Below are positions 14,527-27,335 of a DNA stretch of 64,000 bases, piece after piece. This DNA is from Octopus vulgaris (lineage: Eukaryota). Position 1 is the stretch's first letter. Each line of letters opens with the position of its first letter. A program made the translations under genes and the position numbers. The stretch spans positions 18,352,001-18,416,000 of the forward strand of contig OX597817.1 in NCBI GenBank assembly GCA_951406725.2, written 5' to 3'. The notes under the pieces are model-generated. The model had not been told where the DNA came from, did not search any database, and saw only the letters and a program-made list of their open reading frames with translations.

Positions 14527-15327
14527 TTTATATATAAATATCTGGCATGAATTGTAAATGGATTTCTGATAGAAATACAGAGATGCGACTGTTACTTTTA
14601 ACAGATAGAACAACCGTGGTGAAGCTCCCTGGCTGGTTCTTAGGATAATGATCAGCACGTCTTCTTCACACGCCAAAGAATGGAGTCAGTTGCAAATACA
14701 ACACGAACTAAGCCATCAACCTTGACATAGTAACACCGAGATACCGTCGTAGCGTATATGGTCGATTTTTAACAATTCCATTTTATCACATAAGCAGATT
14801 TCTTAATGTAAACCTTGTATTTGGCCTTGGTTTCAGAAATGTTAAAAGTCGAACGGTGTAATAGAATACCAGCTGAAGCTTTTCACTTGGTTCCATTATA
14901 ACAGGTTGATATACATCCATTACTGGCGATTTTTGGATGTAATATAGACACTTCACTACATAATGGTTTTTAGAGACGTGTGAAAAGAGCAGGATTCAAT
15001 TAGGAGAAATGGAATGTGAGATAAGCAGAGGGAGACGAAAAAGGGTAAGGAAAATACTCGATAGAGAGAGATGGACCACTTAACCGGTGTTCCTAATTAG
15101 AACTGTTCTTCAATACGGAAACACGTAGAGAGGAACAGAAAGGGGAAGAAAAGGAGAGTGAACTATAAAGATATATACATACATACATACATACATACAT
15201 ACATACATACATACATACATACATACATACACACACATAGATATAGACATACATACATATATACATACATACATACACACACATACACACGCACACACAC
15301 ATATATATAAGCACAAAAGGAAAGAAA

Positions 15328-15476
15328 TGTGGTAAGTAGCTTGCTTACCAACAACATGGTTCCGGGTTCAGTCCCACTGCGTGGCACCTGGGGCAAGTGT
15401 CTTCTACTATAGCCTCGGGCCGACCAATGCCTTGTGAGTGGATTTGGTAGACGGAAACTGAAAGAAGCCTGTCGTA

Positions 15477-15544
<68 letters not shown>

Positions 15545-15625
15545 AGTGTTTGTGTGTCTGTGTTTGTCCCCCCAATATTGCTTGACAACCGATGCTGGTG
15601 TGTTTACGTCCCCGTAACTTAGCGG
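15328..15625 (+). mobile_element. SINE, family A, truncated
   Basis: Matches the family A body. Confidence 0.9.
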
Positions 15626-15781
15626 AAAAGAGTAAACGTACAAACGCATACAAGCTCGCCCAAATGCAAACACATGTGCATACACACATATATAAGTTAT
15701 AAGGTTTGATTTCAGTGCCAAAACTATATAGAACTCAATACAAAATTTACAGAGTGGCATGTGTGTGTGTTCGGAAATAAT

Positions 15782-15930
15782 GCAGGAGTGGCTGTGTGGT
15801 AAGTAGCTTGCTTACCAACCACTTGGTTCCGGGTTCAGTCCCACTGCGTGGCATTTTGGGCAAGTGTCTTCTACTATGGCCCCGGCCCGACCAAAGCCTT
15901 GTAAGTGGATTTGGTAGACGGAAACTGAAA
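15782..15930 (+). mobile_element. SINE, family A, 5' part
   Basis: Head through ggaaactgaaa. Confidence 0.9.
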
Positions 15931-16381
15931 TACCTCGGCATGGGTAGTTACATGAATGTCTATAGCAAGGACGAAAAATGTTGATTCATTGAAATTATCT
16001 TCGTTTTGAGAGAAAGTAGAGTAGGATGTGACAAATGCAACTGACTCTGAATGAGAAGGGGGAGGAATCTTAGGTAGTCCAAAATTCCCCGGAATTTACT
16101 ATGCTATTAAGGAAAAGGCATTATCTTTTTTCTGGAGTCAAGAATCAGCAGTGAACACACACACGCATAAAATACACACACACACACACACGTACGCGCA
16201 CACATAAGGCTGAATGAAAATGTATGCATGTGTGTATGAAGTAATTCGAACCACAGATTTTTTTTTTTTATCGTGATTGAGTTAGTTGTTTGAGGATATT
16301 TATCAGAGTTTACTCATTTTCCGTAACAGTGTTTCCAGAGTCTTACACTGAAAAAAAAAAAAAAAATTATATTTCCAATAG

Positions 16382-16542
16382 TGCAGGAGTGGCTGTGTGG
16401 TAAGTAGCTTGATTACCAACCACATGGTTCCGGGTTCAGTCTCACTGCGTGGCATCTTGAGCAAGTGTCTTCAGCTATAGCCCCGGGCCGACCAAAGCCT
16501 TGTGAGTGGATTTGGTAGACGGAAACTGAAAGAAGCCTGTCG

Positions 16543-16601
<59 letters not shown>

Positions 16602-16824
16602 TTGTGTGTCCGTGTTTGTCCCCCTAGCATTGCTTGACAACCGATGCTGGTGTGTTTACGTCCCCGTCACCTAGCGGTTCGGCAAAAGAGACCGATAGAA
16701 TAAGTACTGGGCTTACAACGAATAAGTCCCGGGGTCGATTTGCTCGACTAAAGGCGGTGCTCCAGCATGGCTGCAGTCAAAATGACTGAAACAAGTAAAA
16801 GAGTAAAGAGTAAAGAGTAGAGAG
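16382..16824 (+). mobile_element. SINE, family A, full length
   Basis: Head, internal microsatellite and (aaagagt)n tail. Confidence 0.93.
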
Positions 16825-17502
16825 TGCGCCTAACTCTGAGTTGTTAGAAGTGAGTTATATACCTTTAAGAATATCAGAAAATTTTATTGCCGTCGCTATT
16901 GAAGAAAATATATTAAAAAGTAGAAAATAAGATGGATTAACAAAAGAGTAAAGAATTGTTTGTATGCTTATGTAAGTCTGGTAAACGTGCTACTATACAG
17001 TTACAAAATAGATCCTTCTCAAAATGACTATCCTCGCCTAAAATATCTGACTTGGTGCTCTAAGAGAGATCATTGTTTTATAAATTTTTGAGTGAGGTGT
17101 TTTTTTCTCGTAGAGCAAAAATATTTTTTATTTCTTTTCTTGTAAAGCTTTGATCTTTTAATAAAATTCTATTTGATATTTTTAATTGGAAGCTCTCTGC
17201 TTTAATTTCTAGTTATAGTCGGCTAATTTTAACGCATTTCTCTTACTGATGTGTCTAAAGAGGAAATATGGCTGTTGAATCGCTGCTTGTATAATTTTAT
17301 AATTATTTACTAGTCTTTTATTAATTTCTCTTTTATTTTCCATTTTCGACCTATTTTTGATGTATTTTTCACAATAGTTCTGGAGATTATCTTTTTTTTA
17401 AAGGGAAACAGCTCATTTCTATATACTAACAGTTGTTGAAAGCGCTTGGCCTAGTTAAAGTGATCAGCTCATGTTCATAAAGCTGTGGGTATATTTCCTA
17501 CA

Positions 17503-17731
17503 AAGGCGGCGAGCTGGCAGAATTGTTAGCACGCCGGGCAAAATGCTTAGCGGTATTTCGTCTGCCGTTACGTTCTGAGTTCAAATTCCGCCGAGGTCAG
17601 CTTTGCCTTTCATCCTTTCGGGGTCGATTAAATAAGTACCAGTTACGCACTGGGGTCGATATAATCGACTTAATCCGTTCGTCTGTTCTTGTCCCCTCTG
17701 TGTTTAGCTCCTCGTGGGTAATAAAGAAATA
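17503..17731 (+). mobile_element. SINE, family B, full length
   Basis: Head ggcggcgagctggcagaa, B-box-like gagttcaaattcc; 15-bp TSD ggtatatttcctaca at 17488-17502 and 17732-17746. Confidence 0.93.
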
Positions 17732-18036
17732 GGTATATTTCCTACACCGAGCATCACGTTTTGATTTTGAGTAATTGTCCAATCTACTCAGCTGTAAACT
17801 ACACCCGCGTGATGGTTCAGCTCTCGCATCTTAGGTTGAGAGGAGTAGAACTGATGTCTATGAGTGTTCGCTAACATACGTGTGCTTAAAACAAAGAAAA
17901 ATATAGCTCATGTTACCAGTCCATAGTCGCTCACGAGTGATGGCTGGCTATATTAATCTAAGAAGTATGCACGCCAAACGAAATATAAATGATATATTTC
18001 CACAAAATATCAATCGGAAATTCTCAGACGTATAAA

Positions 18037-18070
<34 letters not shown>

Positions 18071-18072
<2 letters not shown>

Positions 18073-18301
18073 CGGGAAGCTTTATGAAAATAAACAAAAG
18101 ACGGAGGCAAGTTTACGGAAATAAACAAAAGACGAAGGCAGGTGGAATACAAACAAACAATTGTATTATTATGGCGCTCAGGAATATAAATAAAACAAGT
18201 CTTTTACGTTTCGAGCCTACGCTCTTCAACAGAAAGATACACAGAGAAGAAACACAGAAAGAAGCAGAGAAAAAAAAATGCGTGCAGAGGCTAGCGAATC
18301 A
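18071..18301 (-). mobile_element. Penelope-like terminal-repeat fragment abutting (TA)n
   Basis: Recurs at 40777-40985 and inverted at 35325-35522; carries a hammerhead-like motif. Confidence 0.7.
18200..18237 (-). ncRNA. Minimal hammerhead-like motif (variant core)
   Basis: UCUUU-CUGUUGA-A-GAGC GUAG GCUC-GAAACGUA-AAAGA; A6 is changed to U. Confidence 0.6.
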
Positions 18302-18472
18302 AACAATATTAGGGAGTAAATCCAAACTTACAGGGAAAAATTAGATTTAGGATTAAATTTTACAGTATAAATATATATATTAAATTAGAGATATTAATTA
18401 ATTTTATTCCTATGTTTTGGTTTATGTTTTTCACTGTTTGATTTGCTTAATAGTGGTTTTATCTCTAATTTA

Positions 18473-18503
<31 letters not shown>

Positions 18504-18508
18504 TGTTC

Positions 18509-18779
18509 CTCATAAGGGCCGGTTTCTCATTTTCATTGGCGTATACGTTCCCCAACTGGACGGGACGCCGGCCTGTCGCACGTGAGCTGTTTGATGCCGG
18601 TGGAAAGAGTAATAGAAAGTTGTGGCGAAAGAGTTAGCAGAAGTTCGCCATTATCCTCTGCTGGAGCCGCGTGGAGCTTAGGTGTTTCGCTCAGTAACAC
18701 ACATCGCCCAGTCTGAGATTCGAAACCACGATCCCTCGACCGCGAGTCCGCTGCTCTAACCACTAGGCCAAATACCTCC
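18509..18779 (-). mobile_element. tRNA-derived SINE, family C head with family D-type tail
   Basis: A-box tggcctagtgg, B-box tttcgaatc; tail ggcgtcccgtccagttggggaac is shared with 45585-45660. Confidence 0.88.
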
Positions 18780-19254
18780 ACATACGCACACACAGACACA
18801 GAGAGACTGACAAACAGACACAAACACACACACAAGGTGATTGTAAAGGCAAGAACATGATATACATAGGTGAGACATCTAGGAGCACTGCGAAAAGACC
18901 AAATAACCATTTGAGACAATATGAAGGCAAAAAAAGCAGTCCTCTATACTCTACCAACATGCCAAAGACCAGCATGTAGGCAACCTGGATCAACTTGACA
19001 CCCGCATTTTATCCAAGCACCCGAAGGACGCCACACTCAGACAAATACAGGTGTAAGTCCTCGTAAATGAAACATCCCCAGTACTAAATAGGAAATATAA
19101 GTAGTAGGTAATCATATTCCTATACCCACAGTTTATATTTATATACAGGTAGAATAGTTAGTAGGCTGTTATGTAGCTGTAAGTATGTGTATGTGTTTGT
19201 GTGTGTGTGTGTATGTGTATATATGTATATGTATACGTATGTGTTTATGTATAT

Positions 19255-19640
19255 ACTCTTTTACTTGTTTCAGTCATTTGACTGCGGCCATGCTGGAGCA
19301 CCGCCTTTAGTCGAGCAAATCGATCCCGGGACTTATTCTTTGTAAGCCCAGTACTTATTCTATCGGTCTCTTTTGCCGAACCGCTAAGTGACGGGGACGT
19401 AAACACACCAGCATCGGTTGTCAAGCAATGCTAGGGGGACAAACACAGACACACAAACACACACATACACACATATATATATATACATATATACGACAGG
19501 CTTCTTTCAGTTTCCGTCTACCAAATCCACTCACAAGGCATTGGTCGGCCCGGGGCTATAGCAGAAGACACTTGCCCAAGATGCCACGCAGTGGGACTGA
19601 ACCCGGCACCATGTGGTTGGTTAGCAAGCTACTTACCACA
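19255..19640 (-). mobile_element. SINE, family A
   Basis: Near full-length match. Confidence 0.92.
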
Positions 19641-19731
19641 CGTAGGTAAATGGATATGAATGTAAACATATAGATATAAAGATAGATAGGTACATAGGTA
19701 ATGCGAACAGGCATGCATGCATACACATATA

Positions 19732-19982
19732 CATTCCGAAAAGCTCTACCTGCGACGATTTCATCTCAATCGAAGGAGAGGAGCTTTCTCCGTCAGGGTT
19801 GCGGATCCGTGGAACAAGCTGCCAGACGAAATGGTGAAGATGCCGACGACCGCTTTGTTCAAAGCCTCCCTTGACCTCAAGTGGCCTGAACTCTTTACAT
19901 GAACACCACCCTGTACTTAACTCCATGTCCCCCTACATGGCCTTGCTATTTGCTTTTGAGCCAAATTAACTAACTAACTAAC
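19732..19982 (+). mobile_element. CR1-clade LINE 3' end (5'-truncated)
   Basis: HSEKLYLRRFHLNRRRGAFSVRVADPWNKLPDEMVK...FKASLD is a typical CR1 ORF2 C-terminus; short UTR and (taac)n tail. Confidence 0.85.
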
Positions 19983-20391
19983 ATACACAAATGAAGACTG
20001 AAACATGTGACCATATGCACATATACTTCACTTCACACAAGAACACATATGGAGACAGACATCCAATGCATAACATACGCAGTACATAGTTACACAAGCC
20101 CATACACAGACCCACTCGGACATGCATACACGCACACGCACATATACATGCATACAAACATACATGCATACATGCATATATACATATGGTTATGCGCATG
20201 CACACTCACCCACACACATGCACACAAACAAACAAAAAGAACGCAGCTCAGATAAATGAAAGAGTTATCGACTATTGAAAAGGTTGCCAGACGTAACGAA
20301 AGTTTCAGATAAAAAAAAATAAATGAGTGGAAACTTAACTGGTGAGTGTGTTAAATAATAAAGTACTAAAAGAGAATGACTCTTCTCAGAG

Positions 20392-20446
<55 letters not shown>

Positions 20447-20451
<5 letters not shown>

Positions 20452-20940
20452 ATATTTCGGAATGGTCATTTTGCCAGTTTAGCCAATAAAAACACACGCA
20501 CTATATATTTGGTGTTATTTTGCTTCAGTGTTACTTATTTTTTACATTAATCTTAATCTTATTTCTGCCAGAGTTCTTTCGTCACACTCCTGTGACCGCA
20601 TCAGTGGTCCTTTGTTTTCTTCTTTCTTATTTGTGTCTCTCTTTACTAACCGTCAGCCATTTTGTATTTCTATAGCATGTCTTCATTTGCGCATGCTTAT
20701 ATCTCTATGTGCGTCTATGTTTGTTTAGTGTGTGTGTGTGTGGGGGGATGCCTGTAATATTTGTGTCTTCTGTTTCTATACGTTCATGTAATTTGTTTTT
20801 GTTCTTGTTTTTGTTTATTCTTATTTTGTTCATGTGTTTACATCCACTTATTTTTATTATCATTACGTATACTTGTATGTAGGTATGTATAACAACAATA
20901 CTCGTAATAATAATAATAATAATAAATTAAAAAGATCTTT
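20447..20940 (-). mobile_element. Penelope-like terminal fragment abutting (TA)n
   Basis: Start ttgttatatttcggaatggtca is repeated at 41047, also next to (TA)n; contains a hammerhead-like motif. The right boundary is uncertain. Confidence 0.55.
20568..20607 (-). ncRNA. Hammerhead-like motif (variant)
   Basis: CCA-CUGAUGCG-GUCACA GGAG UGUGAC-GAAAGAACUC-UGG. Confidence 0.55.
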
Positions 20941-21675
20941 TAAATTAAACAAAAAAAATTAAGAAATATATACAGTGTATGTTTACGCACACACACACAC
21001 ACATGCTCACGCACATACACATACATATATGATGTAGATATGTTGAGTGTGTTTGGAGGATACCAGGACACTTGCACTCACACGCATACTCGTACCTTGT
21101 CTCATATTGAAGATGACATCTAATTGTAGTTTATTAACTATTGCTTCTCTCTCCGCACTTTCTCGCTTTCTCTCTATAGCATTCCCTCTACGCACACATG
21201 TGTATGTGTGTATACGTTGCGCATGTATTGATATTTATCACTCAGTGAACATGTGTGTTAAAAACATTAAGAATAAATAAATGTTTATCCAATACAATAA
21301 ATATCTATTCATTCCATAGAAAATCACTCGCTTGATATTTCTTATCCAAAATTATCAAGACAGACGTGATCAGTTTGTTTTGATAAAATTGTAGTTTTGA
21401 CCTTCATACTGTTCTCAGGAGCTTTCAGCAGCGAAGGAATCCAGGCGCTCAGTACGTAGCTAACTGTGTGAATTCATATGTGTGTATGCCTGTGTGTGTG
21501 CATGTGTAAATGTATATATATGTGAGTGTGTGTGTGTATGCATGTGTGTGTGTGTGTGTATTCACTTTTAGCTTGCCTCTAGAATTCACAACCAGCTCTC
21601 AAAGTTGCGACGTTTCGTAAATGAATACGACTATGTAGACAATGCAATCGAAGATTTAAAGAAAAGTAGGTAATG

Positions 21676-21722
21676 GTTGTATACGGACATTTCAAGATTT
21701 ATTGCTCTTTCATCAGTACTAC
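21676..21722 (-). ncRNA. Type I hammerhead ribozyme motif
   Basis: GUAGUA-CUGAUGA-AAGA GCAAUAAA UCUU-GAAAUGUCCGUA-UACAAC; core intact. Confidence 0.7.
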
Positions 21723-21921
21723 ATACAACCTATAAACTATCCACGATCACATGGTTAAATACCCTTTAAAGTTAGCAGTGTAACACAATTTACACACACA
21801 TACATGCATACTTACATTCATACATACATACATATATACATGCATACATACATACCTGTATGCATACATATACAGAGAGAGGAACAGACATATAGAGAGA
21901 GGAACAGACAGACTTACAGAC

Positions 21922-21952
<31 letters not shown>

Positions 21953-22038
21953 CAAACATATAAGCAATGATTATAACGATAGAAAATATGGGGACTTGTT
22001 CATTCTCAAGACTTATTTCCTCCTATTTTATACTTACA

Positions 22039-22415
22039 CTAGCAGTATCGCCCGGCGTTGCTCAGGTTTGTAAGGGAAATAACTATAAAGCATTTTTAGA
22101 GAGTTATAGCCAAAAAAATGGGAAAAAAATGATGGTAAATTTTTTTTTGAGAGTAAAAAAAGGTTGAGTTGCGTCCCCTAGACAGTCTGTGGTTTGTTTC
22201 TTTTGATTCTCGACCCCATGTCGAATTTATCGATTTTTTTCAGAACTGGGGGAACTTTTCAAAATTTTCGCTGCGTTAGTTTTGAATTATGACATTGGGC
22301 TATGTGTGTGTCAAGTTTCATCAGAATCGGTTGAAAGCCGTGGTCAGGGTGAGGGTACGAGAAAACAGACACACAGAAACACGCACAGACAAACTGCCGT
22401 TTATATAGAGAGAGA
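22039..22415 (-). mobile_element. Non-autonomous Helitron
   Basis: Minus strand: A|TCTCTCTCTATATAAAC ... cctgagcaacgccggg hairpin ... CTAG|T; canonical AT target. Confidence 0.9.
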
Positions 22416-22947
22416 TAAAGCATATTTTCATGACTGTTACGACCTACACGTGTTTCCACTGCACAAAATACAATGCACCGACAACTAATAGTAATTATAG
22501 ACGTTAAATACTAATTGATGCTGTTAGCAGTGATCTGGAACATAACTGAGAGGATATATTATCCGCCCGTACAATTTACGTATTTATTCATGGTTTAGAC
22601 TTCGACTGCCCTCTCTGGCATGTAAGGTGTTCTGTCAAAGGTCAGCACTTCCGTGTTTAAATATGTAAATTGTTCATATACTATTATATATGAACATATG
22701 TTGTCTATTGACTTTATTACGCATGCTAGCCACCGGTATGAAAACTTTTCTAAATTTTCTACCCTTATTTTTATAGTAACATTTTCGTAGTTTCAAGCCT
22801 TTTTAGTACGTAATTCTAATTTTTTCATTATTTGCTGCCGAATGTAACTGCGCTCGCATGGTGGATTTGATAATTATAATATATAAGTATGTAGCACGTT
22901 TATTTTCGGTGCTATTTGCTGCATAAATAAGCTTTAATTTTAGCGCC

Positions 22948-23013
22948 CTCACTGATGAAGTACGGAGGGCAAATTAATTTAGTTGCGTATTGATACAGAA
23001 ACTCGAGTTTGAG
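22948..23013 (+). ncRNA. Type I hammerhead ribozyme motif with extended domain II
   Basis: CUCA-CUGAUGA-(39 nt)-GAA-ACUCGAGU-U-UGAG; palindromic stem III. Confidence 0.65.
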
Positions 23014-23989
23014 AGTAACTACAAAAATATTTTTTATTTTCATTCCCTTTGAAATTGGTCTTATTTGTGGTTTGGTCTTTGACTGCCCTTTGTAGCATTT
23101 TAGGTGTCCTTTCGTGTATAAATACGTAAATTGTTTATACACTATTATATATGAAAGTACGTACGTACACACACACATACACACACACACATATATACAC
23201 ATTAAAGTTAGTTTCAATCTTGCTTGAATTAAGTTTATCCTCAAATGTTAATACGAATGAATGAAACAAGTTTCACGTAAATTGGTAAAGTAGTTTTCAA
23301 AACAATAGAGATTTTCAGGGCATAAATACCCCAAACGGTGCATAATGGGAAAATGTTCCGAAAATAATCTTCATCCTGAAAGGGAAGAAACTCTTACCTT
23401 TCTATTAGACAGTGAGTTGACAAAGAAAAAAAATCGATTTTTATTTACAATTTCTATTTTCGCTTTTGTTAAACACAATATTTTAATAATTTACAAATAT
23501 GTCTGAGTGTGATTTCGAAAATGTAAGCTGTTTGTACAGTAATTATGTATATTTTAGCTTTCTATAAACAGACAGTATCTTAATGTTTTTAAAATCATTT
23601 TCAACTGAATATCATTACAAAAATTTTTTTTGGCATATCAAAAAAATATTCTAAAGTAAAAATGACTTTAAAAATACTGTAGATATTTCGTAAAAGACCC
23701 GTTCGTAATTTCAGTGTGAAATAGTTTTTTTCGAGTCCATTGGACGCATCTCCCCTTCAAAGTTTTGGCTGCTATTTCTGCTACACTCTGCTACTACGTA
23801 ACAGTTATTTGCAATAAAGGACCTGAAATACCTGTTACATGGTAGCAGGTTGTGCAAGGAATAGCAGCCAATTCTTTCCAACCCAGGAAACAAAACGCTG
23901 TTGCCGGGAAACTCAGAGTCTGTTGGTGACCCAACGTGTCATGCATGGGTAGCCTAGTCTAGAATCTCTCTCTCTCTCTCTCTCTCTCT

Positions 23990-24067
<78 letters not shown>

Positions 24068-24068
24068 A

Positions 24069-24280
24069 CCGAAGTAAACACATAAATGTGAAACAAGGTG
24101 GAAAAAAGAGTACTCAAATACCAGTGGTAGAGTAATATGCTATATTTAAAGCAGCAGAAAATTCAACAAAACCTGTTACTCTGAGTTTCCCGTTGCCGTT
24201 CATCGGACAGTTTTTGCTAGAACGGCAGCGGGAAACTCAGAGTAACAGGTTTTGTTGAATTTTCTGCTGCTTTAAATAAA
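24069..24280 (-). mobile_element. Penelope-like fold-back fragment within (TA)n
   Basis: 59-bp inverted repeat at 24143-24201 and 24220-24278 (1 mismatch); hammerhead motif at 24173-24210. Confidence 0.75.
24173..24210 (-). ncRNA. Minimal hammerhead-like motif
   Basis: CUGU-CCGAUGA-ACG GCAA CGG-GAAACUC A GAGUA-ACAG. Confidence 0.62.
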
Positions 24281-24960
24281 GTATATATATATATACATAC
24301 ACACCTTCACAAAACAATAATAAAAAGAATTCTTCTCTAAACCCCAAAACAATTTGACCATCCCTCATTAAACACACACACACTCTCTCACAATGATAAA
24401 AAGAAAAATAAATTATGGTCTACCTCCCCGCCACCACACACTCGATAACACTATGAATTGGTTAAAACTAAAATTCTTTTTCCCCAAGATCTTAGACCCT
24501 TGGAGTAAGCATGCTGTCCAGCAGAGCAAAAAAAGATTCTTTTCTTCTTCTTCCCTCTCCTTCCCTCTTTTTCTTTAGCACTCATTCCAAATACAAAAAC
24601 ACACACACGCACACACACACACACACACCACACACACACACACACACAACACACACACACAAAAATAAAAATACTAGATACACACACACACACACACACA
24701 CACGCACTCACACACACACTTGCTCTCTCACTTTCTCCTCATCTATCACCCTCTTGTACTGTCTTATATTCCTCCCCACCACTACAAACTCAATACCACT
24801 ATAAAATGGTCAAAACTTTTCACACGGGAACTTAGTTTGATTTGAAAAACCCACTAGAATGGGAGAAAACGCTAATACATGATCTAAGTTATATGATGTA
24901 TAAAAACATGTAATATACAAATAAATATCTGTAAATACGATTTTCTGAGTACCTCATTTC

Positions 24961-25712
<752 letters not shown>

Positions 25713-25880
25713 GTATGTATATATATATATATACATACATATATATATATATACATACATATATAGAAGTCGACCCCCTATGGTCTTAACACTAAGAAAG
25801 GAATGTTCTCAAGAAAAGTTAACAAACGCCAGAACGTAAGCGAGCAAGACAAATGAAGAGATACAAAATATACAGATTAA

Positions 25881-25950
25881 TCACAAACCAGTTTCGTTGC
25901 TACCATTTACGTAATCACTTACGTAGAATGTCCCCAACTCATCGGTGTGA
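25881..25950 (-). ncRNA. Type I hammerhead-like motif with long domain II
   Basis: UCACA-CCGAUGA-GUUG...(UACGUAA GUGA UUACGUA hairpin)...CAAC-GAAACUGGUU-UGUGA. Confidence 0.68.
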
Positions 25951-26317
25951 CCATTATAGCAAAATATAATTTGCAGATCTATACACGAGGCGTCCGCATG
26001 AGATTGAACATGTATATAGTTCTGCAATATATATATATATATATCTGTGTGTGTGTGTGTATGTATGTAAAGATATTATTATAAAAAATATCTTTTTATA
26101 TTTATGTATGTTTCAACGAAAATTTCGAAATCACGTGATATCTGTGATCCTCATTTGCGACTTTCGGCCGCAATGGTAAATCAAATTCAACTCGTTTCTC
26201 GATTTTCGCTAGCCTTTTGAATTTTCAGTCAAATGGTGCCTTACCTGAGTATTTTCGATTCTTATTTCTAGCAAAGCTGGTACTTCGTGTACCCTCAATT
26301 ACGATTAATAATTATAG

Positions 26318-26432
<115 letters not shown>

Positions 26433-26719
26433 CATATATATATATATATATGTATATACATATATATACATATATATATATGTATGTATATGTATGTATA
26501 TATATGTATATATATAAATATACATATATATATGCATACATATGTACATGTACATATATGTATGTGTATATGCATACAAAAACACACACACGTATGCATA
26601 TTTATATATGTATGTTTGTATATCTATCTATATATGTTTATCTATATTTGGCATATAAAAGCAGTAATCGAAATTATCAGGCATATAATTGCAACAATAG
26701 TAATAAAAAACACTGAACT

Positions 26720-27335
26720 GGTGTCATACTTTGACACTGTCTTGAGGGTTTTAAGCGGAAGAAACCAATCTCAGTACATATTGTTTAACCGGTTACTTAT
26801 TTTTTAATTTCTTTAACCGAAATACTATGTCAGTCGGAGATAAACAAAGCGACATCTAGTGTGAAAGAATGGTACGAAACAAGCATAAGGAAATACTAAC
26901 ACACACACACACACACGCACGCACATACACACACATACACACACACATTCAAATTTATATACCTATTTCTTTACTACCCACAAGGGGCTAAAGACGGAGG
27001 GGACAGACAAACAGATTAAGTTGATTACATCGACCCCAGTGCGAAACTGGTACTTTATTTATCGACCCCGAAAGGATGAAAGGCAAAGTCGACCTCGGCG
27101 GAATTTGAACTCAGAACGTATCGGCAAACGAAATACCGCTAATCATTTCGCCCGGCGTGCTAACGATTCTGCTATATACCGCGAGCTTCATCACAGTTTC
27201 CTCTCTCTCGATTCAATCACAAGACATTGGTTAGCCCAGAGCTATAGTAAAAGCATTTGTTGAAAGTATAACACTGTGGGACTGAAACCGAAACCTCGTG
27301 GTAGTATAGCGAATTTCTATAATACGGCCATGCCT
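26720..27335 (-). mobile_element. Old family A-like SINE with a family B SINE (26963-27172) nested in its central microsatellite
   Basis: Degenerate A halves flank a B copy that has a tatatacc TSD. Confidence 0.75.

Noticed and set aside
23905-23919. 15-bp match cgggaaactcagagt to the 24229-24243 hammerhead arm
   Set aside because: No upstream core or further homology; cannot be distinguished from chance or a tiny fragment.
26116-26160. Minus-strand CAAAUGA-stem-GAAA layout
   Set aside because: Two core mismatches and weak stems I and III; at best a decayed relic.
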